A stretch of 64,000 bases of DNA. Origin: Eledone cirrhosa. Taxonomy: Eukaryota. Shown here in pieces: positions 26,201-38,376 of the stretch. Where the stretch lies: NCBI GenBank assembly GCA_964016885.1, contig OZ024745.1:10044001-10108000 (forward strand), given 5' to 3'. Under the pieces are notes generated by a model. That model saw nothing but the letters and a program-made list of their open reading frames with translations, was not told where the DNA came from and did not search any database. Position numbers and translations under genes: made by a program. Within the stretch, counting starts at the first letter, position 1; every line of letters begins with the position of its first letter.

Positions 26201-29200
26201 TGTTGTATAGTGCAGTATAATGTGGTGTAGCGTAGTGTAGTGTTGTATAGTGCAGTGTAATGTGGTGTAGTGTAGTGTTGTATAGTGTAGTGTAATGTAG
26301 TGTAGTGTAATGTGGTGTAGTGTAGTGTTGTATAGTGCAGTGTAATGTGGTGTAGTGTAGTGTAGTGTTGTATAGTGCAGTGTAATGTAGTGTAGTGTAA
26401 TGTGGTGTAGTGTAGTGTTGTATAGTGCAGTGTAATGTGGTGTAGCGTAGTGTAGTGTTGTATAGTGCAGTGTAATGTGGTGTAGTGTAGTGTTGTATAG
26501 TGTAGTGTAATGTAGTGAAGTGTAATGTGGTGTAGTGTAGTGTTGTATAGTGCAGTGTAATGTGGTGTAGTGTAGTGTTGTATAGTGCAGTGTAATGTAG
26601 TGTAGTGTAGTGTTGTATAGTGCAGTGTAATGTGGTGTAGTGTAGTGTTGTATAGTGCAGTGTAATGTGGTGTAGTGTAGTGTTGTATAGTGCAGTGTAA
26701 TGTGGTGTAGTGTAGTGTTGTATAGTGCAGTGTCATGTAGTGTAGTGTAATGTGGTGTAGTGTAGTGTTGTATAGTGCAGTGTAATGTAGTGTAGTGTAG
26801 TGTTGTATAGTGCAGTGTAATGTGGTGTAGTGTAGTGTTGTATAGTGCAGTGTAATGTGGTGTAGTGTAGTGTTGTATAGTGCAGTGTAATGTGGTGTAG
26901 TGTAGTGCAGTGTAATGTGGTGTAGTGTAGTGTTGTATAGTGCAGTGTAATGTGGTGTAGTGTAGTGTTGTATAGTGCAGTGTAATGTGGTGTAGTGTAG
27001 TGTTGTATAGTGCAGTGTAATGTGGTGTAGTGTTGTATAGTGCAGTGTAATGTAGTGTAATGTGGAGTAGTGTAGTGTTGTATAGTGCAGTGTAATGTGG
27101 TGTAGTGTAGTGTTGTATAGTGCAGTGTAATGTGGTGTAGTGTAGTGTTGTATAGTGCAGTGTAATGTGGTGTAGTGTAGTGTTGTATAGTGCAGTGTAA
27201 TGTAGTGTTGTATAGTGCAGTGTAATGTAGTGTAGTGTAATGTGGTGTAGTGTAGTGTTGTATAGTGTAGTGTAATGTGGTGTAGTGTAGTGTTGTATAG
27301 TGTAGTGTAATGTGGTGTAGTGTAGTGTAGTGTTGTATAGTGCAGTGTAATGTGGCGTAGTGTAGTGTTGTATAGTGCAGTGTAATGTGGCGTAGTGTAG
27401 TGTTGTATAGTGCAGTGTAATGTAGTGTAGTGTAGTGTTGTATAGTGCAGTGTAATGTGGTGTAGTGTAGTGTTGTATAGTGCAGTGTAATGTGGTGTAG
27501 TGTAGTGTTGTATAGTGCAGTGTAATGTTGTGTAGTGTAATGTGGTGTAGTGTAGTGTTGTATAGTGCAGTGTAATGTGGTGTAGTGTAGTGTTGTATAG
27601 TGCAGTGTAATGTGGTGTAGTGTAGTGTTGTATAGTGCAGTGTAATGTGGTGTAGTGTAGTGTTGTATAGTGCAGTGTAGTGTTGTATAGTGCAGTGTAA
27701 TGTGGTGTAGTGTAGTGTTGTATAGTGCAGTGTAATGTGGTGTAGTGTTGTATAGTGTAGTGTAATGTGGTGTAGTGTAGTGTTGTATAGTGCAGTGTAA
27801 TGTAGTGTAGTGTAGTGTTGCATAGTGTAGTGTAATGTGGTGTAGTGTAGTGTTGTATAGTGCAGTGTAATGTGGTTTAGTGTAGTGTTGTATAGTGCAG
27901 TGTAATATGGTGTAGTGTAGTGTTGTATAGTGCAGTGTAATGTGGTGTACTGTTGTATAGTGCAGTGTAATGTGGTGTAGTGTAGTGTTGTATAGTGCAG
28001 TGTAGTGTAGTGTTGTATAGTGCAGTGTAATGTGGTGTAGTGTAGTGTTGTATAGTGCAGCTTACTGTGGTGTAGTGTAGTGTTGTATAGTGCAGTGTAA
28101 TGTGGTGTAGTGTAGTGTTGTATAGTGCAGTGTAATGTGGTGTAGTGTAGTGTTGTATAGTGCAGTGTAATGTAGTGTAGTGTAGTGTTGTATAGTGCAG
28201 TGTAATGTGGTGTAGTGTAGTGTTGTATAGTGCAGTGTAATGTGGTGTAGTGTAGTGTTGTATAGTGCAGTGTAATGTGGTGTAGTGTAGTGTTGTATAG
28301 TGCAGTGTAATGTAGTGTAGTGTAGTGTTGTATAGTGCAGTGTAATGTGGTGTAGTGTAGTGTTGTATAGTGCAGTGTAATGTGTTGTAGTGTAGTGTTG
28401 TATAGTGCAGTGTAATGTAGTGTAGTGTAGTATAGTGCAGTGTAATGTGGTGTAGTGTAGTGTTGTATAGTGCAGTGTAATGTGGTGTGGTGTAGTGTTG
28501 TATAGTGCAGTATAATGTGGTATAGTGTAGTGTTGTATAGTGCAGTGTGGTGTAGTGTAGTATAGTGCAGTGTAATGTAGTGTAGTGTTGTATAGTGCAG
28601 TGTAATGTAGTGTAGTGTAGTGTTGTATAGTGCAGTGTAATGTGGTGTAGTGTTGTATAGTGCAGTGTAATGTGGTGTAGTGTAGTGTTGTATAGTGCAG
28701 TATAATGTGGTGTAGTGTAGTGTAGTGTTGTATAGTGCAGTGTGGTGTAGTGTAGTGCTGTATAGTGCAGTGTAATATGGTGTAGTGTAGTGTTGTATAG
28801 TGCAGTGTGGTGTAGTGTAGTGTTGTATAGTGCAGTGTAATGTAGTGTAGTGTTGTATAGTGCAGTGTAGTGTAGTGTAGTGTAGTGTTGTATAGTGCAG
28901 TGTAATGTAGTGTTGTATAGTGCAGTGTAATGTAATGTAGTGTTGTATAGTGCAGTGTAATGTAGTGTAGTGTAATGTTGTATAGTGCAGTGTAATGTAA
29001 TGTAGTGTTGTATAGTGCAGTGTAATGTAATGTAGTGTAGTGTAATGTTGTATAGTGCAGTGTAATGTAATGTAGTGTTGTATAGTGCAGTGTAATGTAA
29101 TGTAGTGTTGTATAGTGCAGTGTAATGTAATGTAGTGTAGTGTAATGTTGTATAGTGCAGTGTAATGTAGTGTTGTATAGTGCAGTGTAATGTAATGTAG

Positions 29201-29533
29201 TGTAGTGTAATGTTGTATAGTGCAGTGTAATGTAATGTAGTGTTGTATAGTGCAGTGTAATGTAATGTAGTGTTGTATAGTGCAGTGTAATGTAATGTAG
29301 TGTTGTATAGTGCAGTGTAATGTAATGCAGTGTAATGTAATGTAGTGTAGTGTAATGTTGTATAGTGCAGTGTAATGTAATGTAGTGTAGTGTAATGTTG
29401 TATAGTGCAGTGTAATGTAATGTAGTGTTGTATAGTGCAGTGTAATGTAATGTAGTGTTGTATAGTGCAGTGTAATGTAATGTAGTGTAGTGTCATGTTG
29501 TATAGTGCAGTGTAATGTAATGTAGTGTAGTGT
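20294..29533. repeat. 9.2-kb (GTAGT)n-derived satellite with a 35-bp higher-order unit
   Basis: Pentamers gtagt-gtagt-gttgt-atagt-gcagt-gtaat-gtggt recur in order. Confidence 0.97.
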
Positions 29534-29714
29534 GGGTCTTCCATCAGTTTTTCTTGGCATAAACTGTGATGGAAAGAAACTGAAGAAGAAAAAGTGAAAT
29601 AATCAGCAGTATGAGATGTATTGGAAAACGGGAGTGAAGTTGTGATTTAGTTTAACACTGTATATTGATGGCAGAGGGTGAGGGTAAGTTACTGATGGTG
29701 TCATATATAACACG

Positions 29715-30050
29715 AGGGAGGAAACTGGTGTGGGTGGGGAGAAAATGGGAGAGGGAGGGAAAGAGAGGAAGGGGTAATGGAATGAGGAAGTGACAGAATA
29801 GTGTGTGGGGGGAGACAGAGATAGAAATAGAGTGGAAGAGAGGGGGAGAAAGAGAGAAAAGTAATAGGGAATTGTAAGAGAGTGAAAGGGGGAAGGAGAG
29901 GGGAGGGGAGCAGAGTGAGGAGAGTTTAGAGAAATATTGTGGAGAGAGGGGGACAGAGAGTGAGAAAAGGGGATGGAGAGAGTGAGAGAGGGTGAAGAGA
30001 GAGAGTGAGGAAGAAAGAGAAAGGAACGGAGAGAGAGTGAGAGAGGCGAG
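29715..30050. repeat. GA-rich low-complexity tract
   Basis: Purine-rich gagagagg runs. Confidence 0.7.
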
Positions 30051-30112
30051 ATGTTTCTGTCTACAGATAATGTTCAAAGATTTCTCTATACATATATATA
30101 CATATATATATA

Positions 30113-31133
30113 CATCATCATCATCATCGTTTAACGTCCATGTTCCACGCTTGCATGGGTTTGGACGGGAGTTTTCCCACTTGAGGCAAGAGTGGTTGTC
30201 TTGCTCGCATAGGACTGTCTGGCGGGTTTTCTACGGCTGGATGCCCTTCCTAACACCAACCACATTTACAGTGTGGGGCTGGGAGGTTTTTACCGTGTTG
30301 CCTACACGGCCACATTACAGCGTGGACTGTGTGTTTTTTTTGTCGTGACACCTACACAATCTCATTTGTTTCGACCTGGATGCTGTGGCACCAACATAAC
30401 TTTACATTGAAAGGGGCAGTGTGGGTGGTGGGACGGGGGTGTATTTTGTTAGAGATGCCTACTGACTGTAGTAGGTTTTACTTTGTACTTAGGTAAGGCG
30501 GGTCTTCTCTATTACTGAGTGCCGCCAAAGATCTCGGTCCAGTGACATTGTCTTGGAGAGGTGTAACTGTGTGAGGTTGGAATTTATCAAGTCGTCCCAG
30601 GTTTTTCTGGGTTTGCCTGCACTTTTTTATACAGCTGTCGACTTTCATGCGCATCACGTGACCATACCAACGTAGCCTTCTCTCGAGTAAACAACATCTG
30701 ATCCCTCTTATTTCTAATTTTCCCTTAGTTCGTTTATGCTTTGCCGTTCGCGTATATTACTATTACACATCCAGCGGAGCATGCAAGCTTCATTTCTCTC
30801 CAGTCTGCGTATATCCTCTGCACATAATGCTCAGGTCTCACTGCCATGCAACATTGCTGTTCGTATGCAGGCATCATACAGCCTGCCTTTCATTTTTAGG
30901 GAGAACCCTTTAGCGGCTAATAGTGGTATAAGCTCTCTGAACTTTTTCCATCCAGTTCTGACTCTAGCTACTGTACTTTCAGAGCACCCTCCCCCACTGC
31001 TGATTTTGTCACCCAGGTAACGGAAGGTGTCCACTATTTCTATAGTACCATCTGTGCAATGGAATGAGCTAGTATTCTGTGGGCACTTGTTGCTACTTAT
31101 TGCACCAGAGCACCGGCCACATATAAAATCTAT
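30113..31133 (-). mobile_element. 5'-truncated RTE family B copy with an internal deletion
   Basis: Reverse-complement homologue of 5915-6963. Confidence 0.9.
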
Positions 31134-31181
31134 ATATATATATATATAAATCTATATATATATACATAAATCTATATATAT

Positions 31182-33988
31182 AGCTTAGATTAGTTGTAGG
31201 TAGGAGACTACTGACAATCATCTCGGTCTATGCTCCCCAAGCAGGCCTAGGCAAAGATGAGAAAGACTGCTTTTATGAGCAACTTTTGCAAACAACCACA
31301 ATGACAGAGGACGGAGACATCGTTATGCTAGCAGGAGACTTCAATGGTCATGTTGGACAGCTCCAGGATGGTTACACTGGGGTACATGGTGGGCACGGTT
31401 ACGGTTCAAGAAATAAAGAAGGAGTGAGACTTCTTGAATTTTGTGATGCAAGTACATTGACTATTTGCAACACAAACTTCCAGAAACCTGCCAATCACCT
31501 AATAACCTACAAATCTGGTGAGCACATAAGCCAGATTGACTTCCTGCTAGTTAGGCAGCGGGACAGGCAGATAGTGTCTAATACCAAGGCAAACCCTGGG
31601 GAAGAATGTACTCCACAGCATAGGTTAGTTGTTAGTGATATCTCAGTAAGCAAGAGATGGAATGAGACATATAGGAAGGTGTGGAGAAGAAAGGTCTGGA
31701 AGCTAAAAGACCTTTCACTAAAATTCAAATTTAGGAAAGCCCTTCAAGATGTATATGACAAAAAAGAAGACGATTTAGAGACGTATGACATAGATAATAA
31801 CTGGAAGTTCTTACGTGACAACTTGCTGAAGGCTACTGATGAAACCTGTGGCTGGAGCAGAGCTCCAACCAGACAGAGAGTGACCTGGTGGTGGAACAGC
31901 AGTGTAGATAAGGCTATTAGAGACAAAAGACTAGCATGGAAGGCTTGGAATAAGGGTGGGAGTAGGGAAGAATATACAGCCACTAAGAGAGAAGCTAGAC
32001 GTCAGGTGTACTTAGCACGCAGGGAGGCAGAGAGTAGGAGGTTTGCCAATGTTCTGCGACGGGAAGATCAGAGGCGTGCGGTGTTCCACATTGCAAGGCA
32101 GTGTGTCAATGCAAATCAGGATGTTGTTGGTGATAAATGTGTCCGGGATGATGCCGGTGTACTTAGTGTCACGAATGACCAGAAAAAGGAGGCCTGGAAA
32201 TGTCATTATGAGAGACTGATGAATGTGGAGAACGAATGGGAGAGAGAGAAATTACCCTTGGTAGATCCGACAGAGGGACCAGCTATTGAGATTGACGAAT
32301 ATAGGGTCCAAGAGGCGATTAGGGAAATGAAAAATGGTAAGGCGGCCGGACCATCGGGAATAGTTGCTGAGATGCTGAAGGCATCAAGGGACGTAGGCAC
32401 TAAACTGGTTGCACGCATAATCAATCAGGCTATATATGGTGGTGTCATACCCAAAGACTGGTGCAGCAGTATTCTCATAAATTGCTACAAAGGTAAAGGG
32501 GATGCTTTGGAGAGGAGCAATTATAGGGGTATAAAACTGATAGATCAGGTTATGAAAGTGGCAGAAAGGATTTTAGCACAACTAATTAGAGAAAGGGTCA
32601 AACTAGATGAGATGCAGTTTGGTTTTGTGCCTGGGAAGAGTACAACAGATGCCCTCTTCTTGGTGAGACAAATGCAAGAGAGGTTCTTAGAGAAGAATAA
32701 GCCACTATACTTAGTCTTTGTTGACCTAGAGAAGGCCTTTGATAGGGTACCCCGATCTGTCATCTGGTGGTCCCTAAGGAAGCTGGGTGTTGAGGAATGG
32801 CTTGTAAGGACAGTGCAAACTTTGTACAGAGGTACTCTCAGTAAAGTCAGGGTAGGAATGGAGTTTAGTGAGGAATTCCAGATACAAGTAGGAGTACATC
32901 AGGGTTCGGTCCTCAGCCCGCTCTTGTTCATTATAGTCCTCCAAGCCATAACAGAGGAGTTTAAGACTGGCTGTCCATGGGAACTTCTCTATGCTGACGA
33001 TCTGGCTCTTATGGCAGAATCAGTAGAGGAGCTAGAGAATAAATTCCGGCTATGGAAACAGCAGTTGGAAGCAAGAGGACTGAGAGTAAATCTAGCTAAG
33101 ACAAAAGTGTTGATGAGTAGAAAAGAGGACAAAACCCTGATTCCGTCAGGGAAATGGCCATGTTCGATATGCAGAAAAGGAACTGGCATAAATTCTATAA
33201 AATGCACACAATGTAGGTCCTGGGTACACAAGAGATGTAGCGGGATAGCAGGCAAACTAACAGGTAGGGAGAAATATGTATGCAGTAGATGTACAGGGAA
33301 ATTAGACAGTAGAAGTCGCACTGATAGACACATTTTTCAAATGCGAGAGGGCGCTATAGAAGTGGTGGATAGCTTCCGGTACCTAGGAGATCAAATTAGC
33401 ATGGGAGGAGGGTGTTCCGAGGCCATAGTATCTAGAATAAGGACGGGTTGGAAGAAGTTTAGGGAGCTGCTTCCTCTGTTGACGAAGAAGGGTTTCTCCC
33501 TGCGTACGAAAGGCCGGTTGTATGATGCCTGTGTGAGGAGCGCGATGCTGCATGGTAGTGAGACATGGGCAGCTACCGCAGAAGATATGCGACGGCTGGA
33601 GAGAAATGAGGCAAGCATGCTCCGTTGGATGTGCAGTGTAAATGTGCGTGAACGACCCAGCATAAATGTGTTGAGAGAGAAACTGTGTCTGAGAGGGATA
33701 GAATGTAGTGTACGGGAGAGGAGACTGATGTGGTATGGACATGTGATGCGCATGGAGGATGACCGATGGGTGAAGAAGTGCCAGGAAATGCCAGTTGAAG
33801 GAAGACGTGGTAGAGGTAGACCACGAAAAACATGGGCGGAGGTGGTGAGAACAGACCTCAGATCATTGAAGCTCACGGTGGAGATGACGAGGGACCGTGA
33901 CGAGTGGAGAGATGCTGTGCTGAACAAGACCCGTCCCACCCTTGCAAGCAGGGAAAAGCGGACGTAAAATGATGATGATGATGATGAT
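31182..33988 (+). mobile_element. RTE-clade LINE family A, 5'-truncated within the APE domain
   Basis: Uninterrupted ORF with GDFNGHVG and SQIDF (APE) and NYRGIKL, QFGF, VDLEKAFD, QGSVLSPLLF, YADD (RT); (GAT)n tail. Confidence 0.96.
31286..33967 (+). CDS. RTE endonuclease/reverse transcriptase ORF (N-terminally truncated, otherwise intact)
   Basis: 893-aa ORF with YADD and a CxxC...CxxC...HxxC...CxxC PHD-like finger. Confidence 0.9.
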   Translation: MQTTTMTEDGDIVMLAGDFNGHVGQLQDGYTGVHGGHGYGSRNKEGVRLLEFCDASTLTICNTNFQKPANHLITYKSGEHISQIDFLLVRQRDRQIVSNTKANPGEECTPQHRLVVSDISVSKRWNETYRKVWRRKVWKLKDLSLKFKFRKALQDVYDKKEDDLETYDIDNNWKFLRDNLLKATDETCGWSRAPTRQRVTWWWNSSVDKAIRDKRLAWKAWNKGGSREEYTATKREARRQVYLARREAESRRFANVLRREDQRRAVFHIARQCVNANQDVVGDKCVRDDAGVLSVTNDQKKEAWKCHYERLMNVENEWEREKLPLVDPTEGPAIEIDEYRVQEAIREMKNGKAAGPSGIVAEMLKASRDVGTKLVARIINQAIYGGVIPKDWCSSILINCYKGKGDALERSNYRGIKLIDQVMKVAERILAQLIRERVKLDEMQFGFVPGKSTTDALFLVRQMQERFLEKNKPLYLVFVDLEKAFDRVPRSVIWWSLRKLGVEEWLVRTVQTLYRGTLSKVRVGMEFSEEFQIQVGVHQGSVLSPLLFIIVLQAITEEFKTGCPWELLYADDLALMAESVEELENKFRLWKQQLEARGLRVNLAKTKVLMSRKEDKTLIPSGKWPCSICRKGTGINSIKCTQCRSWVHKRCSGIAGKLTGREKYVCSRCTGKLDSRSRTDRHIFQMREGAIEVVDSFRYLGDQISMGGGCSEAIVSRIRTGWKKFRELLPLLTKKGFSLRTKGRLYDACVRSAMLHGSETWAATAEDMRRLERNEASMLRWMCSVNVRERPSINVLREKLCLRGIECSVRERRLMWYGHVMRMEDDRWVKKCQEMPVEGRRGRGRPRKTWAEVVRTDLRSLKLTVEMTRDRDEWRDAVLNKTRPTLASREKRT

Positions 33989-34075
33989 AGTAATAATAAT
34001 AAATTTGAAGACTAAAATCCAAAGAGGGCTCGATAAGGATAAATATATATCAAATATATAAGAACCGTAGAGCAA

Positions 34076-35140
34076 ATATTTATTAAAATAACAGATTAAA
34101 GTTTAAGCAAAGAATCGCTGCTTTCACCCTTAACGGGATCTTCTGAAACTAACAAAGTCAATCTGTGAACGCAGAAGTGAATATTTCAAAAAACGTTGCA
34201 ACCGGAGGAAGACAGGAAGACGATACTTTGGTTCGTGGAAACGTTCCCTGGCAAAGAACGGGAAAAAATGAATATAATACGTCATAATAGGAGCGGTGAA
34301 AAACAATTACATGCAAAGACAGAACTACGTTTATGGTATAAAAGAAGTCGTAGACTAATGTTCTCTTAGGTGGTTCATAGAGACGTTCTCTGGCAATGGA
34401 CGGAAAAAACGATGATAATACGTCATATGTGGAGTGTGGAGAACAATTTGTGTATTTACATGTAGGTATGTGTGTGCGCTTGTTATATACGTATTTATTT
34501 ATTTATTTATTTATTTGTATACACGCACACACACACACACATATTTATATGTGCGTGGTTTTGTATACCTATGGCAAGTGTTTTCGCGTATGCTTGTGTA
34601 TGTACGTATTTGCATGCGTGTATGTATTTATTTAATTTCTATTACCTCTGTATTGTATTTTATTTACTTTATTCTTAACTCTGTAGCGGAGATTCATTCG
34701 GTTTCCTAGTTAGAATTTTAGTCTACAACTTCTGCTATACCATTTACGAGGTTTTGTCTTGCGTGCAATTGTTCTCCACGCTCCACATATGACGTATTAT
34801 CTCCGTTTTTTCCGTTCATTGCCAGAGAACGTCTCTATGAACCACCTAAGAGAACATTAGTCTGCGACTTCTTTTATACCATAAACGTGGTTCTATCTTT
34901 GCGTGTAATTGTTTTTCACCACTCCAATTAATGACGTATTATATTCGTTTTTTCCCGTTCTTTGCCAGGGAACGTTTCCATGAACCAAAGTATCGTCTTC
35001 CTGTCTTCCTCCGGTTGCAACGTTTTCTGAAATATCCACCTCTACGTGTACAGATTGACTTTGTTAGTTTCAGAAGATCCCGTTAAGGGTGAAAGCAGCG
35101 ATTCTTTGCTTAAACTTTAATCTGTTATTTTAATAAATAT
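34076..35140. mobile_element. Foldback element with ~370-bp inverted arms (34076-34448 and 34767-35140), Penelope pLTR-like
   Basis: The arms are reverse complements with scattered mismatches, and each carries a hammerhead-like motif. Confidence 0.85.
35066..35116 (+). ncRNA. Type I hammerhead-like ribozyme with a variant core (mirror copy at 34100-34150, minus strand)
   Basis: AGTTT-CAGAAGA-T-CCC-GTTAA-GGG-T-GAAA-GCA..TGC-TT-AAACT. All three stems form; core position U4 is A. Confidence 0.6.
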
Positions 35141-35194
35141 ATATATATATATATAAATAATATAAGATCAAAAGATGGTTAAAAGAGTTCCATG

Positions 35195-38100
35195 TATTTT
35201 ATTATGCGCATTTCAAAAACAAATATCATCATCATCATCATCATCATTTTATGTCCGCTTTTCCCTGCTTGCTAGGGTGGGACGGGTCTTATTCAGCACA
35301 GCATCTCTCCACATCTCCACCGTGAGCTTCAATGATCTGAGTTCTGTTCTCACCACCTCCACCCATGTTTTTCGTGGTCTACCTCTATCACGTCTTCCTT
35401 CAACTGGCAATTCCTGGCACTTCTTCACCCATCGGTCATCCTCCATGCGCATCACATGTCCATACCACCTCAGTCTCCTCTCCCGTACACTACATTCTAT
35501 CCCTCTCAGACACAGTTTCTCTCTCAACACATTTATGCTGGGTCGTTCACGCACATTTACACTGCACATCCAACGGAGCATGCTTGCCTCATTTCTCTCC
35601 AGCCGTCGCATATCCTCTGCAGTTGCTGCCCATGTCTCACTACCATGCAGCATTGCGTTCCTCACACAAGCATCATACAACCGGCCTTTCATACGCAGGG
35701 AGAAACCCTTCTTCGTCAACAGAGGAAGCAGCTCCCTAAACTTCTTCCAACCCGTCCTTATTCTAGATACTATGGCCTCGGAACACCCTCCTCCTAGGTA
35801 CCGGAAGCTATCCACCACTTCTATAGCGCCCTCTTGCATTTGAAAAATGTGTCTATCAGTGCGACTTCTACTGTCTAATTTCCCTGTACATCTACTGCAT
35901 ACATATTTCTCCCTACCCGTTAGTTTGCCTGCTATCCCGCTACATCTCTTGTGTACCCAGGACCTACATTGTGTGCATTTTATAGAATTTATGCCAGTTC
36001 CTTTTCTGCATATCGAACATGGCCATTTCCCTGACGGAATCAGGGTTTTGTCCTCTTTTCTACTCATCAACACTTTTGTCTTAGCTAGATTCACTCTCAG
36101 TCCTCTTGCTTCCAACTGCTGTTTCCATAGCCAGAATTTATTCTCTAGCTCCTCTACTGATTCTGCTATAAGAACCAGATCGTCAGCATAGAGAAGTTCC
36201 CATGGACAGCCAGTCTTAAACTCCTCTGTTATGGCTTGGAGGACTATAATGAACAAGAGCGGGCTGAGGACCGAACCCTGATGTACTCCTACTTGTATCT
36301 GGAATTCCTCACTAAACTCCATTCCTACCCTGACTTTACTGAGAGTACCTCTGTACAAAGTTTGCACTGTCCTCACAAGCCATTCCTCAACACCTAGCTT
36401 CCCTAGGGACCACCAGATGACAGATCGGGGTACCCTATCAAAGGCCTTCTCTAGGTCAACAAAGGCTAAGTATAGTGGCTTATTCTTCTCTAAGAACCTC
36501 TCTTGCAATTGTCTCACCAAGAAGAGGGCATCTGTTGTACTCTTCCCAGGCACAAAACCAAACTGTATCTCATCTAGTTTGACCCTTTCTCTAATTAGTT
36601 GTGCTAAAATCCTTTCTGCCACTTTCATAACCTGATCCATCAGTTTTATACCCCTATAATTGCTCCTCTCCAAAGCATCCCCTTTACCTTTGTAGCAATT
36701 TATGAGAATACTGCTGCACCAGTCTTTGGGTATGACACCACCATATATAGCCTGATTGATGATGCGTGCAACCAGTTTAGTGCCTACGTCCCCTGATGCC
36801 TTCAGCATCTCAGCAACTATTCCCGATGGTCCGGCAGCCTTACCATTTTTCATTTCCCTAATCGCCTCTTGGACCCTATATTTGTCAATCTCAATAGCTG
36901 GTCCCTCTGTCGGATCTACCAAGGGTAATTTCTCTCTCTCCCATTCGTTCTCCACATTCATCAGTCTCTCATAATGACATTTCCAGGCCTCCTTTTTCTG
37001 ATCATTCGTGACACTAAGTACACCGGCATCTTCCCGGACACATTTATCTCCAACAACATCCTGATCTGCATTGACACACTGCCTTGCAATGTGGAACACC
37101 GCACGCCTCTGATCTTCCCGTTGCAGAACATTGGCAAACCTCCTACTCTCTGCCTCCCTGCGTGCTAAGTACACCTGACGTCTAGCTTCTCTCTTAGTGG
37201 CTGTATATTCTTCCCTACTCCCACCCTTTTTCCAAGCCTTCCATGCTAGTCTTTTGTCTCTAATAGCCTTATCTACTGTGCTGTTCCACCACCAGGTCAC
37301 TCTCTGTCTGGTTGGAGCTCTGCTCTAGCCACAGGTTCCATTAGTAGCCTGCAGCAAGTTGTCACGTAAGAAATTCCAGTTATTATCTATGTCATACGTC
37401 TCTAAATCGTCTTCTTTTTCGTCATATACATCTTGAAGGGCTTTCCTAAATTTGTATTTTAGTGAAAGGTCTTTTAGCTTCCAGACCTTTCTTCTCCACA
37501 CCTTCCTATATGTCTCATTCCATCTCTTGCTTACTGAGATATCACTCACAACTAACCTATGCTGTGGGGTACATTCTTCCCCAGGGTATGCCTTGGTATT
37601 AGACACTATCTGCCTGTCCCGCTGCCTAACTAGCAAGAAGTCAATCTGGCTTATGTGCTCACCAGATTTGTAGGTTGTTAGGTGATTGGCAGGTTTCTGG
37701 AAGTTTGTGTTGCAAATAGTCAATGTACCCGCATCACAAAATTCAAGAAGTCTCACCACTCCTTCATTTCTTGAACCGTAACCGTGCCCACCATGTACCC
37801 CAGTGTAACCATCCTGGAGCTGTCCAACATGACCATTGAAGTCTCCTGCTAGCATAACGATGTCTCCGTCCTCTGTCATTGCGGTTGTTTGCAAAAGTTG
37901 CTCATAAAAGCAGTCTTTCTCATCTTTGCCTAAGCCTGCTTGGGGAGCATAAACCGAGATGATTGTCAGTAGTCTCCTACCTACAACTAATCTAAGCTTA
38001 ATTATTCGATTACTAACTCGAACTACCTCTATTGTCTTATTGATCCATTTCTCAGCCAGGAAAATGCCTACTCCCCCTAGCCCATCATCCTTACCTACCC

Positions 38101-38376
38101 AGAATAGCTTATAGCTAAGACGCTTGCCTACGACTAGTCTCGCAGAGGCACCTCTCCATCTCACCTCCACCTGCCTTCTCTCCAGCATCTCCGCTATTTC
38201 AGCAGATCTACCTCCGAGAGTGCCAACATTAAGTGTTGCAACTCTGAGATGCGACGTCTTCATATTTTGTTGTTGCTATTTGTTGCTGTGCTGATAAGCG
38301 TTTTGGCATTGATACACTGGTTGAATGCCCTTCCTAACATCATGGGATGATATTTGCGTTCTCATCAGATAAAATA
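35195..38376 (-). ncRNA. Minimal type I hammerhead ribozyme interrupted in stem II by an RTE (halves 38347-38376 and 35195-35229)
   Basis: Rejoined sequence: TATTTTAT-CTGATGA-GAACGCAAATATCAT/ATGATATTTGTTTTT-GAAA-TGCGCA-TA-ATAAAATA. Confidence 0.8.
35230..38346 (-). mobile_element. Near full-length RTE LINE family A (APE-RT), inactivated
   Basis: ORF starts MKTSHLRVATLNVGTL at 38263. A TGG>TAG stop at ~37325 and small in-frame deletions relative to the 31286 ORF. The 5' UTR has a GTTAGGAAGGGCAT motif. Confidence 0.95.

Noticed and set aside
20180-29560. 3126-aa His/Thr/Tyr-rich ORF and overlapping ORFs
   Set aside because: Translation of a pentamer satellite. Several frames give the same peptide, and the region is intronic.
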